Part shown: one piece after another, positions 1 to 12,800 of the stretch | Numbering within the stretch: position 1 is the stretch's first letter | Layout of the letters: each line of letters opens with the position of its first letter | From: Podarcis tiliguerta | Lineage: Eukaryota | Length of the DNA: 64,000 nucleotides | Reading direction: 5' to 3' (one strand) | NCBI GenBank assembly: GCA_965153285.1 | Contig: OZ229115.1 | Notes under the pieces: generated by a model | Database searches by the model: none | Told to the model about the DNA's origin: nothing | Seen by the model: only the letters and a program-made list of their open reading frames with translations | Made by a program: the position numbers and the translations under genes

Positions 1-266
1 AAGAGCTTCTGGTTCCTTAGAAGCTAAAAATTATTTATAGTACTTATGCTGAACATGGTTGTGAAACAGACATTGATGCTTTCCTTCCCTGGAAGCAGCT
101 GGCCACTAACACCTCATCCAAACTCCCATGCACCTTCAAGCCTTCAAGCAGGTTTGTACTAAAAGCATACCGCACAGAGAGCTGGAGGCATCCCACCCCA
201 CTTCTTGGGGCAGAGGCAGTGCAGGACAGGACAGGAGAGAGGGTTGGCAAAGTGTCCTTGACTCAC

Positions 267-579
267 CTCGCAGCCAGTCCTGGAGGTAGTGCAGCCACAT
301 CTTCGGCAACTGGCGGTTCTCATCACGCACAACATACTGGATGGTGGTGAAGGCCTGGTGCAGGCTGTAGAGGGCCTCCTGTGAGCTGGGGTAGTCAAAG
401 CCACCCTTTGTAACCACAAACATGTTATAAAAGGAGAAGTATTTGAACTGAGCTGAAATGAAGGCGTGCTCCTTTGTGCCTCGTGGTAAAATATCCGTCA
501 GGTAGAGTCCATCATGCACCTTGGTTGTACCATAGAGGCTCAGGCCCAGCAGTGCCAGGAACAGGACTACAACAATTCC
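267..579 (-). CDS. PTCH2: PTCH2 exon 15 (313 nt): [17 protein letters not shown]...[12 protein letters not shown]
   Basis: Acceptor TCCAG|GGA, donor CGAG|GTGAGT; TM7 and start of the second extracellular domain. Confidence 0.96.
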
Positions 580-1437
580 CTGGAAATGCAGAAAGGAAAG
601 AGTGAAGACAGATGCACACAGACCCCAATCTCTTCCACAGAAGCTAACTTTTCCTCTGTTGCTGTCAAGAGACTTGACTTAACAAACATAGGGAGAATGG
701 AAGAAAATCTGTGGACAGTGGACACAGTGGACAGCCAGATGTTTATGAAAAGCAAACAACTGCTTGGGGGCTGGAACTGCAACCACCCAGCCCCACTTCC
801 TAGTCCCTACAGTACGTGTAGGGTATGAATTGCCCCTAATGGAGTTTATATCAACATGTGCCATGTTGAGGGAGTATGGAACATACTTGTAAGGCAAGAG
901 AATCAATAATGACAGGTAGGGAGTTTTCCATGCAAGGGGACACATAACACTCACACATATTAACCTTGAGAACATAGTTCTTTTGACTCTGTACCTGGCC
1001 CTCTCTCTCTCTAAAGGTAAACACACACACAATATCTAAGATCATCTAGGTTATCTGTGACTGACACAGCCACTTCATCTGGAATTACCCAAGGACGATG
1101 CAGAGCCTTCATACCTAACTTCCTAGATGTGTAAAAATAGACTAGGAAAGATGTACAGCTCTTGTCTTTGAATGACTACACGGGACATGCAATCTTTGCC
1201 CCTGATAGGCGGGGCACGGGGAGAGCAGCAACATGTCCTCATAAAGGATGACATGCACAATGACTACATTTCAGATTGGTTCTCTCATCTCCGAGAAGAA
1301 CAGGGAGCTTTAGTTCTTCATTGGCTGTAGTGCTGGCATCACAGACTTGCTACCCAGGATGCTGTACTCCCCCCCCCCCTTTCTTTCAACATAGGGCAGA
1401 ATGCCACCCACAAAGAAAGTGATTCTCAGCTGCCTAC

Positions 1438-1840
1438 CTTGGTCTGGCTCTGCAGCAGGATAGGTGCATATTTGTCGCGAGCAAAGCTGGAGAGGTTCCA
1501 ATGACAAAGGGGCAACGGCACACACTCCTGGGCACTTTTGTTCTCATCCAGCTGTGCCAGAAGATCACGGGTGGAGCTGGCAGGGGTGAAGACTTGCGAC
1601 CCCAAAGGGTTGGCAGGCAGGAGAGTGGAAGGGGTGGTATAGACATGCTGGGTGGGTGGTAAGATGGTGACCACGTGACGCCCGGAGGGATCGCACTGGG
1701 TGAAGGCCTGAACCGTAGTGGTGATGCGTGTGCTTGTGGTCAGTGCTGGATGTCCATGCGGGAAAGCAGGTGCCGTGGGGTTGTCATTTGCATCCGTGTA
1801 TTCCTGTGGCTGAATCTGGATGACGTGGGAGGAGCAGAGG
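1438..1840 (-). CDS. PTCH2: PTCH2 exon 14 (403 nt): central cytoplasmic loop, LCSSHVIQIQPQE...STRDLL...YAPILLQSQTK
   Basis: Acceptor CACAG|C, donor AAG|GTAGGC; frame preserved. Confidence 0.95.
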
Positions 1841-2408
1841 CTGTGGGGAGAAGAAGACACTGAGAAACTGCTGAGCAACACACAGTCCCCTAGCCAGCCA
1901 GGCATCCTAACTCACACCCAGCATCTGGATATAACTATCACAAAAAGTTCCACTTCTCTTGGTGAGCAGATAGAGATACCCTTCACAATGTCTTTAAAGG
2001 GGCTTTTCAGAGTATGCTGATTTTATGTGCATTTTGATGTGCATTTTGGACTTGTTCTTATAGACAAACTTTTACCATAATAAAGAAATGTGTTTTTCAA
2101 AATGTTGTTGAGAGCACTACCATCTGTGCAGCTGGCTTTGTTCTCTTGCTGTTTTCCTTACAGCTGCATTTGATCCTCTCTTCTTGGGCTTAATGACTTT
2201 TCCAAACCACTGCCCCCAATTGCAGCATGCGTCTCCTCTCCTGGGAGATCTGATGGAGCCCAGCCTAGCCAGGGAGAGCGCAGTACTGCCCCAAAGGAGA
2301 AGGGACTCTTTTGGGGTGGGGGCAACTGCCCCTCCACCGCCAGCATCTACACATATTTATTTACAGACAAACAAACAAGCAGACAGACAGACACACTTAA
2401 GACAGTAC

Positions 2409-2527
2409 CTGTAGAAGCAGCACAGAATATCGAGCCTCTTGTTTTCACGCCGGTGAAGGTCTAGACTCAGGATGGCAGGAAAAATGAAAAGCACCATGGC
2501 AAAGTTGAACACTACCACAACAGCAGC
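2409..2527 (-). CDS. PTCH2: PTCH2 exon 13 (119 nt): [13 protein letters not shown]...RLDILCCFY
   Basis: Acceptor TGCAG|GCT, donor AG|GTACTG; TM6. Confidence 0.96.
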
Positions 2528-2779
2528 CTGCAAGTAGATGAAGGAGGGAGAACAATTAAACATGCTGAAGATCCTGAGCCAGGTATAAGGAGGGGCATCT
2601 ATCCTTCAAGGGGAGGGATCACCCAGCTTTCCAGCCAAGGCCATGGAGACTGAGGGCACAGGTACCTCCAGAGTGGAAGTGAAGGCTTGCCTGCAGTGAG
2701 ATTCAAAGAAAATGCAAATGTGCATAAGCACAGTTTTCTGACAAACCTGCATGGAGGAGCAACTAGCAGAGGGGCTTAC

Positions 2780-2905
2780 CTGTAGAGAGAAGGCACGTAG
2801 TGCTGGGATGGGCACAAGAGCAGCCATGAAGAAAGCAATCATATTATTGACAGAGGTGAGTGCCACACTGGTGCCACTGCGGCGCAGGCATTCCCCAGTC
2901 CGCTC
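2780..2905 (-). CDS. PTCH2: PTCH2 exon 12 (126 nt): [11 protein letters not shown]...[10 protein letters not shown]
   Basis: Acceptor TGCAG|GAG, donor CAG|GTAAGC. Confidence 0.97.
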
Positions 2906-3021
2906 CTGCATTGAAAAGGTGCAAATGAGGAACCGTGAGAATAGAGTTGAGGACGGATTGAGCGTGCACTGGAAATGCATAGGGACTCAAAGGCTTGTGC
3001 AAAAACAGGGAACCTTCTTAC

Positions 3022-3114
3022 CTTGACAGGGACGTGCTGGCTGGTCTCTGTGAAGGCATGTGCCAGCAAAAACATGTCATCCACACCAATGCCCAGTGCC
3101 AGAAAGGGCAGCAC
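3022..3114 (-). CDS. PTCH2: PTCH2 exon 11 (93 nt): VLPFLALGIGVDDMFLLAHAFTETSQHVPVK
   Basis: Acceptor TAG|GTG, donor AAG|GTAAGA; the RND-type GxxxDD motif of TM4 is intact. Confidence 0.97.
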
Positions 3115-3817
3115 CTATACAGATATGGAGGAAAGCACAATGGGAGGAATCCCGATTAGAGGAGCACATCCAGGACTTGCTCAAATCCCACATAAGTAGA
3201 AACAGGTCTCAGGCTGCAAACTGTGACTGGAAGGCACCACAAATTCTTCCTTTTGCTGTTATACTCAGGCGCTAAATGATTCTCATGTTAACCAAAGTCA
3301 GGTTGGTTGGTGACTCTGGCGGGCTTTTGCTTTCTGCTAAAACATATTTGAGTCACCTGCACCTGGTTTATTAGGCTCCTTCCTTGCCTTGCAGGCACCT
3401 TAGCTGAGGCTCTCTTTGTGGCATACTCTTAGTCTGTACCTGCCTCGGTACAAATGGACAGTTGTTCTTTTTTAAAAACTCAGCTGCTAGGGAATATACA
3501 GTATCGTATATTCCTCTGGAACTTCTGAACAAGAAACAGCATGTAGGCAGCTAGAGTGATATGATTGCTGAAGGCAGCACGATGGCCATTGGAACCTCAG
3601 GAACAGCCATGCATCTGAAGGTCATGTGCTCTCTACAACACAGCATCTTCTAATGCCAAGCAGGGATAGAGAGGCAGAACATAACCTCAGCATTGCATAA
3701 CCTGAGAAATTGATGGAGTAGACAGTTCTCCTGCTTGCTGAGCAAAGAGGAGGGGAAATTGATGGAGAACAAAGGGTGGTCATTAGGGAAGGCAGACCTC
3801 TCCAAAATGTGGCCTAC

Positions 3818-3973
3818 CTGGGTCGTGGCTGCATTGAATGAGATTCCTAGCAGAGAACACAGTCCAAGTCCTGCTGCCACGGAAAGGGCAACCAGAAGAA
3901 CCCCAGCCAGGCCCACAGCACCCTGTGATTTGGAACAATCCCAACGCAGCATGGTGACACAGGCATACGCCAG
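3818..3973 (-). CDS. PTCH2: PTCH2 exon 10 (156 nt): [18 protein letters not shown]...FNAATTQ
   Basis: Acceptor TGCAG|CTG, donor CAG|GTAGGC; sterol-sensing domain. Confidence 0.97.
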
Positions 3974-4102
3974 CTGCAAGTGGAGGAGAATGAGACAACA
4001 ATTAATGAGAAGAAAGGCGAGGATGGAAAAGCTATGCTTTAGTACACAATGGAAGATAAAGGAATAGGAGGGAGGAAGGAGAGGGAAGAAGCTGCTACTC
4101 AC

Positions 4103-4234
4103 CATCAGCAGGTACCCGCCAGCCACACGGATGGCGCTCACATCTGAGAAGGATTTCATGATGTCATCGAGCGTGGTGGTGGAGAAGGCATGGATAGTCT
4201 GGGAGGAATTCGCAGGGAGGGATTCCTGGGCCAA
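4103..4234 (-). CDS. PTCH2: PTCH2 exon 9 (132 nt): [12 protein letters not shown]...RVAGGYLLM
   Basis: Acceptor TGCAG|TTG, donor ATG|GTGAGT; start of the sterol-sensing domain. Confidence 0.96.
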
Positions 4235-4764
4235 CTGCAAAAAAGCAAGACTCATGAGATACTGGGAGGAGAAGAGTCATCTCAGTGGCTGGGATCCTTC
4301 TCACATACATAAATGCATCCACAGGATCCATCTACACGCCAGGCATAGGCATGAAGGCTCACAGGCATGAAGGAGCCTATATGCTGCTATACATGTCATG
4401 TAGTAATACCAAGCAAGACAGAAAACTGTACAGGGCCCATAGACTCAATTCAAGAACAACTGGCTATGCTTTCACCCTATAAATTGTTTTCCATGCCATT
4501 CTACATGCTCGTAAGCATTCATGGTGGCACCCAACCTTTTGACACTGGCAGATGCATATTTGCATGCAGCCCTACATAATATTCTGCTCCTCGCTGACAG
4601 ACCTGCATGCAGTTTTGCCCGTTATCTTTCTAGCATCTTCCCTTCCACGCACACACTTTTTCAGCCTTTTGTAGACGCGTTTGTGTCTTCACCCTTGTAC
4701 ACACCTGCATCAAGCAGCCCTGGAGTTCCCACACAGATGCCACAAACCAACCTGTCCATCTCAC

Positions 4765-4912
4765 CTCAACAAACTCCCGCTGCCAGGCCTCCAGCACAGC
4801 AGCTGCCTTCTCCTCACTCCAGCTGATGTCGTGTATCTCATAGTCATCCCGGTAGTGCTCAAAGAGCTGTCGTGGGCTCATCAACAGGAACATGCTTTGT
4901 AGGGCTTCGGCT
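4765..4912 (-). CDS. PTCH2: PTCH2 exon 8 (148 nt): AEALQSMFLLMSPRQLFEH...AWQREFVE
   Basis: Acceptor TGCAG|A, donor GAG|GTGAGA. Confidence 0.96.
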
Positions 4913-6329
4913 CTGCAGGAAACAGAAGCTGGATGAGAGACAACCCTTCTACTCACAGTCAAGGAGGTAGCACTCCCTTCAGCTCTGGAACTAGAGCCTT
5001 TAGGCCCCATTGCTCCCCCACTGCCCAGGCTCAAGGCAGAAACCAAAAGCCTGATTTCTGCTTTCTTTATCTCACAGTCAGCCCTCATTCTGTGCACAGT
5101 TCTTTCACAAGCCTACTTATGGGGCTTTTTTCAATTGAAACAGGTGCCTAGCCACCCCTATCAAAAAGGTATGCAAAAGGTATGCATGCCATGCCGATCA
5201 GCTGCCATGGAAAACAAGTCACTGACTAACGTTCCACACAAAACATGAGAAAAACCAATAGGCTTTCCCAGCAGACCTGTGATTATAGCAGATGATTTGC
5301 ATAGAAAGTTCACCATGTATACATCCCAATCTATACACAACAAGAAAAGCCTGCATGTATTGTGTTCTAGAAATGCATGAAAAGAGCTGGAAATGGCTGC
5401 AGATGCACCTCCCTATAATATCAGAAGCACATCTCTTTCTTCTGCCTGAGCCTTCCAGCTTTAAAAGGTGAGGATCTTTTCTCCCATTTTCTGACGGCTT
5501 CCTTGCATGGGATTTTAAAACCAAAGCAAGGCAATATATAGCAGCAGTAACCCTTGTCCCCAATCTATTGCCCATTCCTTAGCCATTTTTTGCAGCTCTT
5601 TGCCTTGTGAGATATGGAAGGGTTCAGAGACACAAGAATTCCCCTCTGAAGAACAATGGTTTTTAAAAGCTGACACCGATTATGACACTGCCCCCACCAG
5701 CATGTGGAACGTGGTCCACCATGCCAAAACAGAAGGTATGGCAACCTGCAGAACAGATAACTGCAGGTGCCAGCACAGTGCAGACTTGTGTGGAATCAAC
5801 TTCCCAATGTGCATTTGAGCCCCTTTCTAGGGTCAGGGCTGCGGATTGCTGCAAGCAGGTGTCTGTGCTGTGTCTTCCAGCATCCACGGCAGCTGGAAGG
5901 AATTGGGGTGGGGGGAGGTGGCTTCGGGAGGCAAGGGGTGATGGCAGCCAGAGCTTCAGGGATCAACATAAATCCCATGGCTTAGGAATGCCCAAGCCAG
6001 TTGCTCCTAGGGTCAGGTCGCGGACATGCACCCACGAGAATATGAACCTCAGTGGCATCAAGTTACAAGCTGGCTCAGGAGGCAGTTTACTACCACCCCC
6101 AACTGTGAAAGGGGTAGCAGCGAGAGTCCAAGCAGTTCCCAGAAGCCACACTGTCCTCTCCCCTCACTATTCAAACACAACATTTATGACTTTGTCCATC
6201 CTTTTTAATTGGCCCCGCTTGCAGGGAAAAGCCATCTGCTCTGCATAAAGAATTCCTTAGCTACTGAGTTATTCCTGGCCAAAGACCTCTGACTTGACAG
6301 GCACACACACCACACAAACACACACTTAC

Positions 6330-6451
6330 CCCTGCAGTTTGCCCTGGGAATCCTTCACAGTGCCACCCAGGATCAGTTCCTCTTGCCAGTGCATGTATTT
6401 TCGTGAGAAGCCATGGCAGCCACCTGTGAGCTCTGAGGGGATGTCTGGTTC
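6330..6451 (-). CDS. PTCH2: PTCH2 exon 7 (122 nt): [41 protein letters not shown]
   Basis: Translated by hand. Acceptor CCAG|GAA, donor GG|GTAAGT; MHWQEEL motif. Confidence 0.96.
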
Positions 6452-6615
6452 CTGGTGGAGACAACAAGAATGGAATGTAAAATAGCAGCATAAACTCCAG
6501 ACATAAGCACAGGTATTTTAGATGCATATTAAGGACACCACTATAGCCCCATCTCCTGCTTTTCATGGAGGAAGAGGTATCTTTGCACACTTCTGACTTG
6601 TGCACTGTGTACATT

Positions 6616-6661
<46 letters not shown>
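6616..6661. repeat. (TAC)n microsatellite
   Basis: About 15 perfect units. Confidence 0.97.
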
Positions 6662-6854
6662 GAAGCAGAACTGTTCTGCTTAAGACTAAGGGATTATGTG
6701 CTATAGCCCTGACTAGCTGGCTAATAAAACAAAACCCAGCTGTTATGGAAAGCAAGGGCAAATGTTGCTCCTCTGCAAATGTCACATGTAAAAAACAAAA
6801 CAAAACAAAAACCACACACACACACACACAGACATGAAATTCTCAGTAGGACAG

Positions 6855-7040
6855 GCAGCCTGCTCTAGCAGACGGAATATTGAATCTGAGTGACCCAAAC
6901 AGGTTTAAATTCCTGCTCAACCATGAATTCATTGAACACTTTGGAAAAGTCAACATTTATTAGCTTCAGTTTTGCATCCAATAAATGGAAATAAAATAGT
7001 GAAAAAAATGTAAAGCACTTTAGACATTAACCATGCTACT
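6855..7040 (+). mobile_element. Ancient MIR-like SINE remnant (similar remnants near 14700-14920 and 18130-18270)
   Basis: Decayed B-box GGTTTAAATTCC, core CTTCAGTTTT...TAAATGGAAATAA, 3' GTAAAGCACTT. Confidence 0.45.
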
Positions 7041-7324
7041 GGAACAATCCATGTCACTATAAACAAAACAAAGAATATTTCCCATTATTCCGTAACACTA
7101 TTCCAGCATTCTGTCACATCCAGGAGTGACCAAGAAATTGAACCTTATAGGGAACTATACAAATAGGAACAGGATTAATTCTCACTGGCTGGAGCTGGTG
7201 TAGCCCAAACACCAATGAGGTGCCCAAGTGAATAGCTGACATCCTCTTCTGTGGAGAAAAGCAAAGTTCTGCCCTTTGGGACAATGTTGGACTGGGGGCT
7301 AAACCTGCCCTCCAGTCATGACCC

Positions 7325-7333
7325 TGGGTGGTC
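7325..7333 (-). promoter_or_regulatory. Perfect GLI consensus (TGGGTGGTC on plus) in intron 6
   Basis: Exact motif; function is not shown and a chance match is possible. Confidence 0.35.
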
Positions 7334-8000
7334 AGTCCCTTGCTGATAGGGACCCTACATACACATATGCCCTTGAAAGGAAGACAACAGGCAGAAGCTC
7401 TCTTTTAGCAAACACCACATACGTAAACATAATAATATTGCATATTCTGCTGGTTAACAATAATGGGCAAGGCTTGAGATCCTCTCTGGAAATAATCCAT
7501 TCTGCTCCTAGCTATGTAACCTCACATCTGACAACAATAATCTAGATTTCAGTTCAGTGACATTGGCCTGGAACAATTAAGAAGGTTTACTAACAACTGT
7601 CAGAATAACTACTCCTTGGAGCAGCCTGATGCCTCCCTGATTGCCGAGGATGGAAGACGGCGACATGCCATATGGCATTGCCACCATTATCATAATGCCT
7701 GGAACCCTGAGACATAATAAATCACACAATCTCTATGCAGGGAAAGCAAGCAGAGCTAAAGAGATCTGATAGATTCTAGCTTTTATGTGACAGTGCTCCA
7801 TATCGGTTCTCCCCTGGTCTAGGTATTCTCATAGAATGAGGACCCAAAATCAGTCTGGCTCTGTTGCCCTGTAATCACCAGTGAGTCACCCACACAGTCA
7901 TAAGACAAGCATCAAGCAATGGGAAAAGCAGGAAAATTCCTATCACCTTGTAAGCTGGAGGACAGCACTTTCATAAAGCATGCCAATCATGGCTTCACAT

Positions 8001-8015
8001 TCTATCTATCATCTA

Positions 8016-8063
<48 letters not shown>

Positions 8064-8090
8064 ATCTATCTATCTATCTAATCTAATCTA
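8001..8090. repeat. (ATCT)n / GATA microsatellite, interrupted
   Basis: Direct reading. Confidence 0.95.
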
Positions 8091-9298
8091 CCTTGCAAAG
8101 CAGCAGTGCCAAATTTTCAGCCAACAAGGATAACAACAACAACAACAACAAGCAGCCCATTTGGACAATACCAGATGGATGAATTCAATTCAGCTAATGC
8201 TTGATAATATTTATCCATCTAAGAGAAATATAAGAAGTCTCGGTATTATATCAGGCAACTTATATGCTTTTCTGCATATAAATCATAGTGTCTATTTGCA
8301 TTTGATTGAGGAGTTTGCAGAATCCATTCTGACTATATCATCCTGTGTGCGCGTGTGCTTGCCCACAGGCACACTGGGTGTTCCCTTCAATCCTACAGGC
8401 ATCTCCTTCCTGCTCCTGTGGTGGCAGCGAAAGAAACTGGATAGCCATAATGATAACAGTCTGGCTTTCAAGCCAGGAAATGTGGAATTATGGCTGCAAC
8501 TCCATCCTCCCGCTCCTTGTGCTTGCCCTTGGTCATATGTGCTCCGTGTGTGTACGCACACACTGCTCTCCCCCCCCCCCTCCACCTTCCAAAAGCTCCG
8601 AAGCTGCCATCTGTTCTGGGACACATTCCAACTATGACCACCTGCTGGTGAGCACTTGCACTGCGTCTGCCTGGATCAGCACCATCATTCCTGCCTGTGC
8701 CTCTCTGGCACGCTGCCTTGCATTCCACATCTCCCCACACTCCTGGACACAGAAGGGCAAAGCTAACCAAATGGGGGACCCCACAGAGAATCCAGCCTTT
8801 TGGGGCACACGGTGCCTGAAAAGAGGTCCCTAGCTCCAACAAGACACAAGGAAGCTATTCTGTTGCTGTGCACATGTGTTACAATCTGAAGAGCTCTGTG
8901 ACTTCATCGAGCCTCCTCCCCACCCCTCCCAGAGTCCAGGCCAGAGAATCAGCTCTACTTTTTGTAGCCAGAATGTTCATTTACTTTGGCTACATCAGTC
9001 TTATGTCATGGTATTTAGTGTGTACCTTGCACGGGTGCCAACTTGAATAAAATAAGCCCCACCCTGCATAATCGATCACAAGATGTGGCATGCACACACC
9101 ATTTGAATGGCAATGCCCATCAACTTGGGGGGGATCCCTCAAATATTTTATTGGGAGGGCAAAGGAGTTGGCTCCTATGGTATCTTGGCTACAGGTATCT
9201 TGAAGCAAAGGTTGCATTGTGTGTGCAGCTGTCCAACCTGTCTTAGTGCATCTCTTAATGTCAGATCTATACACCCATAAAATGGAACTCTCCTCCTT

Positions 9299-9470
9299 AG
9301 GAACATAAGATGCTGCTTTACATGAATTCAGTCCACTGGTCCATCTAGCTCAGTTCTGCCAAAGTTGATTGACAGTGGCTCTCCAGGGTTTCAGACAGGA
9401 GTCCCTTGCAGCCCTACCTGGAGATGACAGGGACTGAATCTGGCTCTGCTTGCATGCAAAGCATGTGCTT
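9299..9470 (-). mobile_element. tRNA-derived squamate SINE (Squam2-like), degenerate
   Basis: GGTCCATCTAGCTCAG...CTCTCCAGGGTTTCAG...CCCTACCTGGAGATG...TGCATGCAAAGCA; a related fragment lies near 61500-61610. Confidence 0.65.
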
Positions 9471-9693
9471 TCTTACAAAAATATTTATTATGTGTTGAAA
9501 GCTAGATAAAGTTCCAAATGTTTTATTGCTAGAGAGTATGCCATTGTATGAGCTGTCATCTGCAGTGTGAAGAACAGTCAAGACATACAGATTTACCCCC
9601 TTGTATACTGTTTGAAAGAATTCATTTTCTCATTTACATATGCATTTGGGAAATACACTGAGTAGTTGGGGAACATGCCTGGCTTAAACCCAC

Positions 9694-9889
9694 CTGCCGG
9701 CTTTGGCTGTTGGGGGCACTTGTAGGACACTCAGGGTCAAAGGGATCAAGACAAGGCCGCTCCATATAGGCCTGGCCAACCTCTGCCTTATGCAGCATCT
9801 CCTTGAATCCTTCCAGCGAGGCAAACTGACCCAACTCCTCCATCAGTTGAATGGGGTCTAAGTTAGTCCACTGGATATCGCGCCGGCCC
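9694..9889 (-). CDS. PTCH2: PTCH2 exon 6 (196 nt): GRRDIQWTNLDP...CPTSAPNSQSRQ
   Basis: Acceptor TGTAG|G, donor CAG|GTGGGT; WTNLDP and RPCL-P-DP-CP-SAPN motifs. Confidence 0.96.
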
Positions 9890-12800
9890 CTACAGAGATA
9901 AAATATGGGTTAACAGGGAAAGAAAAGTATCCAGATAGCATCACTTATTCCTATTACAGATTATATTAAACGGATGATTTTAAAAGGAGGCTTGTAAATT
10001 CATATATGTGTAAGTAGGCAGGCAACTACATTTTTTGGTAGGCTAGTAATTTGTGTGAATATTTGCAATGCTAAACCTGACCATATGTCTGGGCTGTAGC
10101 AGACTTATGCAGCAATGCATACTTGAGCAGCTTTTATTTTCCTTTGGAGCAATAAAGAGGCTAGAGAAGGAACGTGGACTTGTCCCCCAAGAAGGAAGAT
10201 CTCTGAACACACACACACCACATACTAGGTCTGGCCATAATTTGAGTCCATTTCCCTTGTCCTGTGTTCTACTGCTTCTCCCTTGCATGCAGAGCCCTGG
10301 CTCTCCCAGCACTGGCTCTATCAAGATGTTAGCACGCTGGCGTTAATTGCCCTGACTGGCTGCACAAGACTCATTTAGGGGGTGGGAGGGGTCTGCTCAG
10401 TGCTGATATAGGGCTTCATTCCTTTTGTTCCCGTGCATAACAGGATCAGGCATGCTGCTTTCATTTGGCATCTGGTTTAGAGTGCCAGCTCCAGAGGATC
10501 TGGACAGTGCCTCCTCTGGGAGCACCAGAGCTGTGTGCGTGCCGTAGGCTGGGCTCATGTGCATGTAGGGGCATCAGGGTGTATTCCAGAAGCAAAAGAG
10601 AATCTTTCAACAAAAGCTGGAAAGGGAAGAGGGGTATTTTCCATGCACAACACTTGGCCCGATGCATTTATGCACAGGGATGTACACAGCAGTATAATTT
10701 GTTATGTGCATATTTTATTCTTTCTCTTTATATGGATGTCTAGATAATATACACATATTGAAAAGGCTTCTTGATGGGAGAAAAGGCATTTTGCTTTTGC
10801 CCAAACAAAAAGGGTAACCCTTGTAACATGCAACTTATTTAATGAGCAAGTGTGGAAGGATCTATCCCAGGAAGGCTTCATCTCCAACCATTGCAATGAC
10901 ATATCTGTTGTACTACAGAGGAAAGGTCACATCCCCTGAAAATGTAGTACTAGGCCTAGAGTTTCCCTACCCACCAAAGAAAGGGCAAATTGTGCCAAGT
11001 TCTGCCCAACATTATCTCGAGACAGTAAATTTCACAAGAATTTTGTGAAAACTCCATTATTTGGTCACTTTCCAGTTTCGCTGAAAATGTTGCTTGGCTT
11101 CACACTGTGAGAAAGGGTCAGTGACCCACCAAAATGAGTATCTGGGGCTAGGAGAGAAGAACCACTGAGACAAGATATTCAGAGAACTAAGCCCAAGCAA
11201 CTTGCACGACTGCTTCTGGCAACATATAAAGTACTGGCAAAGGTCAGAGAAGAGGCAATAAGAATGGTTCCAAAGGCCACAATGAGCCATAGAGGTTAGT
11301 TTTATCTGTATAAAGTACGAGGGAGTTGCTTAGGAATTAATTCCAGCTCTAGACAGATAGGAATACAGTTTAGCAGAAAGGGGAATCGCCTTTAAGGGAT
11401 CTCAGATTATAGTAAACTTTCCAAATGGGCAACTTTTAGAGGGGCAAATCCTCTGCTTGGTCTGACAAGAGATTAACTGATAAAAGATATTTCCCTAGAC
11501 CAGTACCTGTTGGAAAGGGTGGAGGTTTTGAAACTTCATAGAGTAGAATTTGACAGTGAACTCAATTAGCCAGTATATTGTAATTGATCCAGGCTTTGTG
11601 TCACATTCTCCGAGATCAAGGTTATAGCTACAATCCAAACAAATCCTGGCATCTTGTTTCAGGTCTGATTATATCCAGCAACTCTCCTCCACTGCCATTC
11701 ATGCAGCATCTTCCTAACATGACAGAAGCAAATTTCTAACAAGAGGCCTATGTCCAAAAAGCAGGGCAAGTGAGAGCTGTGGCCCAGGGAGATTCATGAG
11801 GACCATATATAGAGGCCTGGAGGGCTGAATCAGGTCCCTGGGCCAGAGGCTCCCCATCTCTGCTTTAAATGCTGTAAACAACAACAACCCTGAGACTGGA
11901 GCTACAGTTCCACTGACGCCACTCACTCTTCCACTGGTGTTCTCATGCATTCTTGTCTTCAACTTCCTGTCATGGAGTGGTTGCATCATTGAGGCCACAG
12001 AAGCAAGGGAAAGTGGCAAGGCGACTGCAGTCTCCCTCAGTGCCTTGATATAATCTTAGCAACTGTACTTCTTCCCAGTGGATTGGAGGTAGAGACAATC
12101 CTGCTCACATAGCCCCGGAGTAATTAGCCCCTAAGTTTCTGGGTCTATAAGAGCTCTGCAGCAAGGAAATTTGCCAGGTATGATTTTCCATGTTCATTTC
12201 CCCATTCTAATGGGAGAATTTGTTCTTGTTCCTGTTGTGCAGTCATTAAAATCGGAGGAGCTTGTCCATGCAGGATCAGGGCCTGAAGATCTACATGCTC
12301 TACTCTCAGAGCCTATCAAATTACTGAAAGCCTTGATAGGCAAAGCTTGTCTTTCTAGAGAGCTGGCTGCTAGGGATTTTTTCTGTCTCTCCACACAAGT
12401 TTGTAGCCAAACAAACCAAAATAAGTTGAAGAAGGGGGGGGAAAGTGGTTGGATATGAAGAAGGGAGTTGCAGCATTTTGTCCTTTCAGCTGGAATCACA
12501 AAGCAAAGTCTATTTTGCTTGCTATTTTCTTTTTTTAAAAACAGAAGGAAAAAGCAAAAGATGTGGAAAGCAAGAAAGCAGGGGCAGGGAAAGTCTTGTC
12601 ATGCTCGGAGCAGAATCACTCTCCAATCATTCATGAACCCCCAGGTCCCAAGAAGGTTCCTCCTTGCCTGATTCCCACATTCCAAACAGCCCAGCTCCTG
12701 CTCCCAAAGAGAGCTTCTTTTATCTGCTGTTTCTTGCTTCACTGAGCCAAGTCGGGCCCTTTTGTTTTTCCATAGATTGCTGCCCTTTGTTCTCCCAAGT

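Noticed and set aside
5682-6248. 188-aa antisense ORF in intron 7
   Set aside because: Non-ATG start and no homology signal; likely chance or repeat-derived.
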